Shown: piece by piece, positions 53,460 through 64,000 of the stretch
Layout: every line of letters starts with the position of its first letter
Position numbering within the stretch: position 1 is the stretch's first letter
Origin: Azolla caroliniana
Taxonomy: Eukaryota; Plantae; Polypodiophyta
DNA length: 64,000 nucleotides
Direction: 5' to 3'
Assembly (NCBI GenBank): GCA_043228905.1
Contig: JBHGNT010000003.1
Coordinates: 18,476,001 to 18,540,000 of the forward strand
Made by a program: the position numbers and the translations under genes
The notes under the pieces: model-generated
Seen by the model: the letters and a program-made list of their open reading frames with translations, nothing else
What the model was told of the DNA's origin: nothing
The model's database searches: none

Positions 53460-55860
53460 AATGGCAAACACTCATAAAGCGGCCACAAAGTTCAGGAGTA
53501 TGATCGATAATGAGCCAAGATCACCAAAGATTCTTGATGCCAATGCAATAATGGACAAAATGTTTATGAGTCACTTGATTTCTCTTCAAGAAACCATGAG
53601 CAAGCCAGGTGAAGAGATTAGGACACTAATGAAAGAGAATACTAAGCTCCAAATTTGTTGTCATTGAGAAAGAAATTCTTAAGAAAATAGTTGCAAAACT
53701 TGAAGATGAGATTCAAGAAAGCTTCTTTTGAAATAAATGAGGGCTTTAACAAGATTGAGTTAAAGGAAGCATTAAAAGAAGAAAAATTGGACATGATGAG
53801 GCGGGATGTAAGTGACATAAAAAATGTATGTACAATGAAGTCATGGGCCGATGTATGTAGTGGGCATGTGGTATCAAAGTCATCTATTATGCATGTGATG
53901 AGTCAAGAAATGAATATAGAAAGCATAGATGTCCGAGAATTGAAAGAACATGGACGACGATCAAAGAACATCTTCATCCGAGGGATTAAAGAGGAGAGTG
54001 TGGAAACACATGCATCCCTCGCAACGGCCATTGTTGAATTCTTTAGCATGCATTGTGGTATTTTGGATGTGAAAGTATGTGGGGCACACCGAGTTGGGAA
54101 ACATGGTGTTACTCGCTCCAGAGAAAAACCTATTGTATGCACAATGACAGATGATACAAAGTGGAGGATAATACTCGAAAATAGTTGGGTATACCTCAAA
54201 GGTACGCAATGCTTTGTGAGTGAAGATCGTAATATCTCACTACAAAATGGTTGTCAGAAAGCATATGAAGAAAAATTGAAAAATAAGGTTAAGGATGTGC
54301 CTAAAGACTGAAATGTAGGCAAATAGGGACACGTGATCTATGAGACTAAACCATGTCTTCTACGATTATGCTTTTGGAATTACAATGGATACCCATGGAA
54401 TGCGGGATTTGGAATAGAGGAGTTCACCGATGACTCATATACCACACTCCTTGTTGAAACATGGGAGCACGATACTCAAAGGATTCAAGGTTTAAGAAAC
54501 TATAATGTACACTCTTTGATATGGGAGAAAAATCCAAGACAAAGAAGAGGACAAGGAGGGGTGGCCTGTTTGATTAAGAAGGAAATAGAGAAATATTTGT
54601 CAATCATAAAAAACGATGAACATAAATGCTACATATGGCTCAAAATAGAAACACCTAATGATTTGCCCACTTTTGAGGTTGGATGTTACATTCCTCATCA
54701 AGATTCTAACTTTTATGTTTGTTTGGATAAAGATCAAGCATTTGCCAATCTAGAAGATGATATTGTTTATTTCAAATCCAAAGGGGAACCTATTGTCTTT
54801 GGTGACATGAATGCTCGTACAAGAAGTTTCCAACTTGATGCACAAGTATCTTTAATGCCACATATCTCAAGGATGCAAGAGGATATGCAAATGTATAGCC
54901 GCTCTTCTAACGATGAAGAAAAGATCTAGACCAATTTGGGAAGTTACTCCTACAAATGTGCAATAGTACCATATTGCTTATTGCAAATGATGTTTCCTTA
55001 TGGCCCAACACTAATGGTTTTACATGTAGAAAATGCAATGGAAATAGTGTGATTGACTATGTGCTACTTTCCGAAGGTATGGACACCGGAATCCGATCAT
55101 AGGGCTTTATGTATTGACCTCAAATGTATGCATAGGTTTAATTGTGAGGACATTGAAGATAATAAACAACCACACTTGAGCATGAGCCTTAAGTGAGTGC
55201 CCATGTATTCCAAGATGGTTGAGGATATGTTACAAATGACAAAGTTACAACAGGGTTATAACATAGGGCTTTATGTATTGACCTCAAATGTATGCATAGG
55301 TTTGATTGTGAGAAGGGCATTGAAGATAATAAACAACCACACTTGAGCATGAACCTTAAGTGAGTGCCCATGTATTCCAAGATGGTTGAGGATATGTTAC
55401 AAATGACAAAGTTACAGCATGGTGCCACACTAGAATGCAAATGGGAAGCTTTAATTCTCTCATGTACAAACAAATGCTTTTCGACAAACCATACATCTTG
55501 GAAATGCACCAAGAAATTTAGTTCAAAGGAAAAATGGTTTGATAAAGAATGTTGTGAAGCTTGAAAGTGCCTTATGGTTTTGGACATGTAGTTAAGGATA
55601 TAGCTAAGGATAAAGAAAATTACCAAAAGCATTTGCATGAGTATAAAAGGCTTATTCAAAGAAAGAGAAGAATATGGGAAATTACTCAACAATTTCTCCA
55701 AATGCAAGAGAAAGCACATGCATGTGCTAAATTTTGGGGATATCTAAAGGGGAAACGTGTTGAGAGTTATGGTAACTTAACTCTTCATAACTTGTTTATG
55801 CATTGTAAGAATTTATATAAGTTATCTCTTGCCGAAAAGATAATGTGTTATTGTTCTCTT
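53460..55860 (+). mobile_element. Non-LTR retrotransposon (LINE) fragment: ORF1 plus APE endonuclease of ORF2; RT absent before copia 5
   Basis: ORF1 RRSKNIFIRGIKE..AHRVGK..KPIVC..VSED. Endonuclease FWNYNG, LVETW, GGVACLIK, VFGDMNART, SVIDYVL; KWFDKEC linker. 164-bp tandem duplication at 55098/55262. Confidence 0.8.
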
Positions 55861-55879
55861 TCACATATGTCTCCCTTCT

Positions 55880-58302
55880 CGTTAAGAATCAAGCTCAACT
55901 TGTGTGAACATGTGTTTATGAAGAAAAGGACGATGTGTGAAAAAGTGTGTGAGCACACTTTATTGTACTCCATGTAGTTGTCAAGTGTTAATGTGGTCAA
56001 AGAATATTATATATTCTTATGAAAAAATCGTACTAAAGTGGATATCTTTATTAGATTCTACCAACACATTTAATATGGTAGTCCCTTGAGGACTTGTATA
56101 TAAAACCCCCTTTGCCCATTTTGTTTTGTTGATGATCATTAGTTAATTAATATAGCTCTCTTATGTGCATAAGCTGTCATCCCCCTATTGTATGTCTTCT
56201 TATTTTCTGGTTATTCTCTCTAATTCCTTCTCTTGCTTATACACTCACTCTCTCTCACACACACTATGCTTCTGAATACTCAACTCTACTAGAGTCAGAT
56301 TCTTTACATGGTACCAGAGCATGAGGGTTAGAGATCCTTCACTGAGCTCTACCATTGAAACTGTGTCAACAGCTAGAGACGTTGTTTCAAACCAGCTATT
56401 GTCGCTGTAGCGTTGCACGGCAAGAGGCTCACGTTAACAAGAGCATACAAATCAAGCTAAATCAGAGAGATGAATGCACAAATGGATAACGCACTTCCAG
56501 TAGAGAAGTTGGACAGGCACAACTACGCATCTTGGGAATATAAGATGCAACAGTACTTAGTTGGGCAAGGGTATTGGAGTTATATTGAGTGAGCTCAAGA
56601 AACAACCCCCGATATTATAAATCCCAACTACCCCACATGGCAGCAAGGCGCCAGTAGGGTAATGTATTATTTGGCAACATGTGTGCAAGATCACATGTTA
56701 AGCTATATTCGAGATGTGAAATCCCCAACAGAAGCGTGGAAAAACTTGAAGAAGATTTTCGCGACTTCAACCACAGGGAGAAAACTTCAACTCTGGTAGG
56801 AGTTGAACAATATTCGGCAAGGGGAAATGTCCGTGACCGACTATACCCTCTGGATCAAAGACTTATGCGATTCACTTGGCTCCATCAATGTCGCAATTGA
56901 TGATGACGAGATGGTGCATATCTGCCTTGGTGGCCTTGCACAAAAATATGGCTCATTTCGAAATGCCATAACAATAAGGGAGAACCCCCCAAGCTTTTTC
57001 GACTTGCAATCCATGCTAATGGTTGAGGACAACCATACACGGTCGAAAAGCATGACATCTGATGGGCAGATGCTATATACACATGATGATCTTGGTCGAC
57101 GTAATGGTCGTGGTCGTGGAAATCGGGGGAGGAATGGCCGAGGAAGAGATGGACGAGGTCCACAACAATTTAATTCGAGACAGCAAGAAGATCGAAACAA
57201 CCGAGGGAATTCCGACAGGAAAAGGGGAGCTTCCACCAACCTGCATCAACCAGGCAGAACCAACAAACTGAGTGCTGGTATTGTGGAAAGCCCGACCACT
57301 TTGAAGTCGAGTGTCGAAGAAGAAGAATGACTCAGTTGCCTCATCTCGACAACAAACAAACTATGTTGTGATGGCTGACCTAAAAAACAAAGGGTAGATG
57401 TTTGTTATGCGACACCAAGCGAATAACATGATAGCAAGTGTTTCCCAACCTGATGATGTCAGGTTCATGGACTCAGGTGCCTCAAATCACATGACAAGCC
57501 ATCAAGAATGGTTCATGAATTTGAGGGAACCTGAGAGACCCGATGTGGTGGAGATCGGTGATGACTCCACACACATGATTGAGCACATCAGAGATGTGGC
57601 CCTTAACAATCACGACAACAAGGGCTACATGAAGGATGTACTGCATGTCCCGACAATCACAAAGAATTCGGTCTCAGTTGGCCAAATTGTTGAGCAAGGA
57701 ATGCAAGTACGATTCAACCAGGAAGGTTGCTTCATTGAGGATAAGGGTCAACTTATCGCTCATGCAAGAAGAGAAGGTCGCATGTTTATTCTTGATGCGA
57801 CTAAGGTGAACACAACAATGTATGCAAAGGGACTCAAGGACGAGTCTGATATTGAGTTGAGGGTTGGCCATGTAAACCTCTGTAAACTACGATCAATGCA
57901 AACAAAAGGGGTTGTGCACAGATTGCCACGATTACTTCGAAACATCCTGATAATGAATGTGAGGTGTGCCAACTAGGCAAGAAACATAGGCATCCATTCC
58001 TAAGTGAAAGAAATGTGAGTAAAGGCTTGTTGGACGTCATCCACTCAGATGTATGGGGCCCAACTCAAACAACGACAATCGGTGGGTGTAGGTACTTCAT
58101 TACCTTCATTGACAACTATTCGGGGCATACTTGGATATGCTCGATGAAGTCAAAAAGTGAGGTCTTCTCCCACTTTCTCAAGTTAAAGAATCGCTTGGAA
58201 AATGAGACGAATCGCAAGATTCGATGCTTACGGTCTAATGGTGGCCAAGAATACTTCTCAACCGAGTTCAAGGCATTTCTAGAAGAGAAGGGGATTCGCC
58301 GG
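55880..58302 (+). mobile_element. Ty1/copia element 5, 5' part (LTR ~55880-56308, PBS, gag, protease, start of integrase), interrupted by the gypsy at 58303
   Basis: PBS TGGTACCAGAGC 56309-56320; gag 56471-57330; MDSGASNHM; HSDVWGP..FIDNYS..RSNGGQEY. Related to copia 2. Confidence 0.88.
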
Positions 58303-58614
58303 TGTCGTGTGAATCTTCACACACTATGTAAAAAAATAATGAAATAATTATTATAGATTAGATTAGTAGCTTACTATAGAAAGATGGATATACTCAGAGC
58401 TTCAAAACGTATTTTACTATATACAAAATGGAGAAATACATATCAAGTTATGTGAAAATGAAGTTTGAGAAGATAGGGAAATTAGAACTATCCCACATAG
58501 ATAGGAAACTTAAGGCCTTGGCTATATAAGCACCTTGAGCTCCCTCATTTTTCATTTGTGCTAAGAGCACTTTGGCCACTTTGTCTTGATGGATGATGGT
58601 GGCCAAGTTCCCAA

Positions 58615-58990
58615 AAACCGGAAATCGGCCGGTATGCAAACCGGAAACTGGCCAGTAAGCAAAACTGGAGTGCAAAAATCGACCGGTATGCAAATCCGGA
58701 AACCGGCTGGTATGCAAAACGGAAATCAGCCGGTAAGCAAAACCGGAATTCGGAAATCGGTTGGTATGCAAATTTGGAAACTGGCCGGTATACAAAACTG
58801 GAATTCGGTCGGTAAGCAAAACCGGAACCGGAACCGGTTGGCAAGAAAATCGGAACTGGCAAGGAACCGGAACCGATCAGCAATCAAACCGAAACCGGCC
58901 GGCAAGCAAAATCGGAACAGGAATCGGCAAGCAAAATTAGAACCAGCCGGCGAGGGATTTGGCGATCGGGCGGAACCGGCTACCAGACGA
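58615..58990. repeat. CCGG-rich degenerate tandem repeats (AAACCGGAA.., CCGGTATGCAAA) in the gypsy LTR
   Basis: Directly visible short repeating units. Confidence 0.85.
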
Positions 58991-61900
58991 GGTTGGACGC
59001 GGACGGACGGAAGATTGGATCATGCAACAAACTAAAGTAAAGTGAAGAGAACTAAAGTAAAGGCCATGTGGACGCAAGCAACTAAAGTTGGAGTGCATGC
59101 AAAAAGTAAAGGTCATGTGGACGGTCGCATGCAACTAAAAGAAAAAGCCATGCAACAAAAAGTGGACATGTAGATGATCAAGGGAGAACTCCATATAAAA
59201 TTCCATTTTTTTTCCTACACTCATGCTCTCTCCATATTATCTTAATTGTTTTTCTTTTCCTTCAGAGCTCTCTTATCTTATCGAAGCCAAGAACCCTAAA
59301 TTTCCTTACGGAAGTCATAAACCCTAATTTTCCCTACGGAAGCCATATAATTTTTCTATTGAATCCATATTTAGTTTCTTCTAATATATTATTCTAGTAA
59401 TCTCCATAAGCTAAACATTTGTAATCCCAATCTTGGGATTGATTGTAATCTTTCTTTTCCTTTGTTAATGAAATTTGTCAATCTTTCTTATTTCCGTTAA
59501 TTGTTAAAAATATAAAAGCACGAATCCGATATCCTCTGGTCGGAGGCCACGGGGTCCTGCCTCAAGTTCGCGTGTCCTCGTCGTATTTTCGCGACATCTT
59601 TGGTGAACCCAACGTGAAAGAGGTGGTAGGGAGGATATCAAGTGCAACGATGGCTTGCACAAGTGGAACTCAAGGAGAGGAATTAACGAAAGGCATGGTG
59701 TCCATAGTGGAATACATGCTGAAGGTGAGAGATCGAGAAGCTCTAATCGACAAAGCTGTTGATCGTACGGTTGAGATAGCCGGACAATTTGGTGGCAAGA
59801 ACATCACAGATTTTCTTGCTACCTATCAGAACGAGATGCAACAAAGGGATGTCAATGATCTCAAACAAATTTCTAGCTTCAAACGTGTGGTGGAACCAGG
59901 GATCCGCGAGCACGTCATGGAGATCCAAAACGAGCATGCAACTTGGGTGGAGTTCGAAAAGGCGCTTCTCGTTGAATACATGCTTGAAGACGCATCACGG
60001 ATGACTCAACATACGCTAATGTCTTGGATTAAGAAGAAAGGAAAGAATATGTGTGCATCTGGAGTATATGCCGAATTCGACCAGAAGTATAACCGACTTC
60101 CGAGTGTTGATCAACAAGTTATTGATGGAGATAAAGTTCTACTATTCCTGAAGGCAGTGGATGCGAAAGATCGGCATGAATTGGGTAACTTTTGGAGGAT
60201 GAAACACAACCAAGTGGCTTGGTAGTGAACTGGGTGGCAGTGAAGAAGGCTTGTAGTCGTCTTGATAAGCGTCGACAACGGCAAGAGGAAATTGATATGG
60301 AGAATCCACAATCGTGGAGGAGGAAGGCACCTCTTACGATCGAGTCTAACAAGCCGTTCAACAATTTCGATAAGAAAGCAATGGAGGAGTCTATAATCGA
60401 AGAGCTCTCCAAGAAGTTTGAAGCGGTATCGCTAGCCAACTTAGGTCAACGCGGGCCTAAGGGAAAAGAAGCGTATAGATGTGTGTGGTGTGATAGCTTC
60501 GAACACTCACGAAGGGAATGTGTCGACTTGCATGATGCGATCCGCAAGAATGTCATCTATTTGGACGGCAACACGATTCACTCAAGCGAGACCCGGAAGC
60601 CACTACGAGTGAACTTCGAAAGAGGTGGGCTGAAAAAGATTGTAGAAGAAGAAGATGCAAGGCATGTGGAAGCTATGCACTATGCCGCTTCGGCTGGGAT
60701 ACGAGTTGGAAAAGAGAATCTTAAAAATGATCAAGCCAAGAGCTGGGTTTTGGCCAACAGTCTTCGAGTGCGAAGAAAAAGGAAAAATCAATTCGGAGGA
60801 TCTAAAACTTGCTGACCGAAACGTGCGACGAGCTACCGGATGGTCAGATCCAATCGATGAAAAAAGAAGCTTTGCAGAGGTTGTGTGTGACACCTATGAA
60901 GCCCTTGTCGAAGAGAAGAGGAAAAGAACCGGTGAAGAAGGTGGCACATCAAAGCGTCCTAACACGAGGAGCGGAGGGAAAGAAGGGCCACCCCAACCTA
61001 TCCCAAGAAAAGAGATTGGTGAAACAAACATGAAGCCCGGTGGATCGAACCAACCTGCTCGGATGGAAGTCGAAGAATCAACGAAGAAAGGAAAAGAACG
61101 AGCGGCACCGACTTACAAGCTAAGGTCGGACATAGAACAAACAACTAACTTGCGGAAGGTCCTTGAGGAGAAGGTTTTAGATAGTCATGTCGACCTTACC
61201 TTGAGAGAGCTACTTGGGATCGCGAAGAAGGAGTTCCATGATACTATCATGGACCTTATTAAAAGGAAGCGGCAACAATATGATGAAGAGGAGGTGAAAA
61301 CAAGTGCCATAACCATGGCAAGATCGGAAGAGGAGGAAGAAGAAGAAGTGGTGGCGGAATGCCATTACTCTCGGCCTCATTGGGCAAGAGAGACAACGGA
61401 GACGCTGGTAAAGATTGGGGAGAAGAAAGAGACCGTAGTCGCTTTGATTGACCATGGCTCAGAGATCAACCTCATGTCGACCGAGTTCTACAAGAAAGGA
61501 AGATGGCTGATTAATACAAACCACGGATGGAAGATTCGAGCGATGACGAAGGCTGCAGAGGACTTGTACGGAGCTTGCCCCAACGTTAAAGTCACGATCG
61601 GGGATGTGGAGATTGATCAACACTTCTTTGTGCAAGACTCGGCTTCACATCCTGTCATCCTAGGACAACCGTATATAACATCGTCCCAGATGGAGACCAA
61701 GGTGTTCGATAATGGAGCAGCCTTCGCGCGCGTCAAGAGTCTTGATAGTAAAAGATCTGTTCAATTCCTGATGGTGCGAGCTAATCATGAAAGGAACCGA
61801 GATAGCCTTGGAGGCGAATCCTCGGATTTTTAAAGCAGACTATTGAAGCATGGGGCACAAATAGTTCGAGCAATCATAAGTCCCCACAAGGAAGCAGAGT

Positions 61901-62772
61901 GCGTGGATTGCAAGGAGAAGCAACATGCGTCACACCTAGCGGCGCATGCAAACTAAGACTACTCAACAAGAAGGAAAAGTGTTAGATACAAGACTTCGAG
62001 GAGGTGCTGAAAGAAGAAAGCATAATCGAAGAAGAAGAATTCGTGTCATATATTCTAGAGGAAGCCTCATTTAACGACACCATTGGCGAAATCGAGGAAG
62101 TCGTGGACTTGAGCTATCCTCACCATCAACATGTGATTTCGGTTAACTCCGTCAACATGTATACTATCATCGATGAATATCGTCAAGGCATCTTGATAGA
62201 GGAAGCCGAAGTCAACACAAAATATAAAACTGTGGATAGGAAGATCAAGCCAGTTGCAATTCCGCTACCGGAAGATAGCTAGCAAAAGATGAAGGAAGTT
62301 GCAAAAGATCCAAGCTTAAGGAACCCAAATACAATTGGTCACGTCTTCACTGAAGAGACAAAGGGAAAGCTACGGGTTGGAAGGGAGGATTTCCTCCTTC
62401 CTGAAGAGGAGCAAATGTTCCGCGAAATGCTTCAAAGACATGGGAAGGCTTTCTCATTTTTCCCACAAGAAATCAGATGTGCGAATCCAAGGATGGTAGA
62501 ACCAATGGTGATCTTCACGGTGCCGCATGTGCCTTGCAATTTGAAACCGATACCGGTTCCGAGAGCACACCTACCGAAGTTGATCGAGCTCTTAAAGGAG
62601 AAGGTGAGGATGGGAATTTTGGAACCGTCGAACGCTCCTTATTCTAATAGATGGTTCACGGTGCCAAAGAAGAATGGATCGTTGTGATTCATTCAAGATC
62701 TTCAACCTGTCAACAAGGTGACAATTCAGAATTCTGGAATCGGTCCGAGTGTGGATGAATTTGCCAAGGCGT

Positions 62773-63841
62773 TGTCGCGAAGTTTCGCGCATGCGTGTAG
62801 GAAGAGGCGGGACCACGGGGGTCTTGGACTAGGGAGTGACGGAGCGTAGGAAGTTGTGCTTCACCATTTCCGAGGCATCCCAGATGCACACCGGAAGCAA
62901 CCGAACGGGAGAGAGAAAGAGAGAGAGTGCGCGCTTGACACCGACTCACACCCACACACACACACACCACGCCGACCGAACTCACGCCCTTATGTATAGA
63001 AACGGAGGTAAGAGAACACCAAAACACCCACACAAACACTGATACGCAGAACCCTCAAGCAACCGAACGGGAGAGAGAAAGAGAGAGAGTGCGCGCTTGA
63101 CACCGACTCACACCCACACACACACACACCACGCCGACCAAACTCACGCCCTTATGTATAGAAACAGAGGTAAGAGAACACCAAAACACCCACACAAACA
63201 TTGATACGCAGAACCCTCAATGCATATATTACAAGACTAAGATACAATACTGGTATCGAGCCCGACCTAAGTAGCTCAGGTTACAACAGTCGTCTACTGC
63301 CAAGCCGCCGGTCGGGGAGCTCTTGAGCTTGTCGTGCCGAGCAAGGTCTTGCACAGAGAACAGGTAGAAAACAGGAACACGAGATGCCAAGGCTCGATAC
63401 TCAGAACGACGAAGAGGAAGAAGCAGAGGCAAGAAGAAGAAAAACGAAACCCTAAACAAGAGAAAAGAAAGAGGAAGAGAGAATGTTTCTTCCTCTAACG
63501 GTATACCCTACTACCAAAATGGGCAACCCCTTCACCAAGGGCACTCCCTTCCTTTTATAGAACAAGGAGAGGGATCCGTAGCATCGAGGGGTAAATCCCT
63601 TATTACATGGGATTCTTGTCCCGACTTGATTACTTTCGGCACCATAAAGGCGCCCTCATTATTCACACTAAATGTACAAGGGTGAGCGCACATGCTGCAC
63701 CCCGCCGATGTAGCCAATATTTCCCGGTAAAGGCGCCCTCATTATTCACACTAAATGTACAAGGGTGAGCGCACATGCTGCACCCCGCCGATGTAGCCAA
63801 TATTTCCCGGTTTCCGCCTCTGGCCGAAATTCTTCACGACA
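62773..63841 (-). mobile_element. Solo LTR of the TGTCG group inserted in the gypsy RT, with internal 162-bp and 83-bp tandem duplications
   Basis: TGTCGCG..CACGACA ends; TSD GCGT (62769-62772 and 63842-63845); the RT reading resumes (FAKA|FAGRSIYS). GGACCACGGGGGTCTTGGACTAGGGAGT shared with the element B LTR. Duplications at 62895/63057 and 63645/63728. Confidence 0.9.
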
Positions 63842-64000
63842 GCGTTTGCGGGCCGGTCCATCTACTCCATCGACGATCTCTACTCTAGCTATGATCAATT
63901 CCAGTTGGCGGTCGACAGTCGTGACATTACAACCATGAGAACTCCAATCGGGTTGGTGCGGATGTGTACCTTACCTCAAGGCGCAACGAACTCGGTGGCT

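Larger units (their letters stand above)
58303..64000 (+). mobile_element. Autonomous-type Ty3/gypsy element with tRNA-Trp PBS (5' LTR 58303-59596; gag, protease, RT), degenerate; runs off the window
   Basis: LTR TGTCGTG..CGCGACA; PBS TGGTGAACCCAACGTGAA 59601-59618. Gag from ATG 59650 with CVWCDSFEHSRREC knuckle; protease LIDHGSEINLM; RT NRWFTVPKKNG..QDLQPVNKVT..DLYSSYDQ..LPQGATNS. Left flank CCGG. Confidence 0.92.

Overview
Eukaryotic land-plant genomic DNA, probably a non-seed plant such as a fern (inferred from TE content, not verifiable here). One clear host gene is present: an intron-rich PI31/PSMF1 proteasome-regulator homolog on the minus strand (26344-33284; 9 coding exons plus a candidate 12-nt microexon). 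A possible small basic-protein gene lies at 23944-24330. Most of the rest is nested transposons: five degenerate Ty1/copia elements (tRNA-iMet PBS), an internally deleted chromovirus, a LINE fragment, and a 7.6-kb Mutator-like element (transposase plus Ulp1-like protease) inserted about 200 bp upstream of the PI31 start codon. There are also six insertions of one Ty3/gypsy group with TGTCG...CGACA LTR ends and a tRNA-Trp PBS (one autonomous-type copy, two gag-only non-autonomous copies, three solo LTRs). The most striking pattern is that all six insertion sites of this group have 4-bp flanks centred on a CpG or a decayed CpG (CCGC, CCGG, CTAG/CCGG, ACGT/ATGT, CCGG [left side only], GCGT), suggesting a CpG-targeting retrotransposon system. 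Its autonomous-type member appears to use a -1 frameshift placed after the protease. All calls are by eye; no database searches were run.
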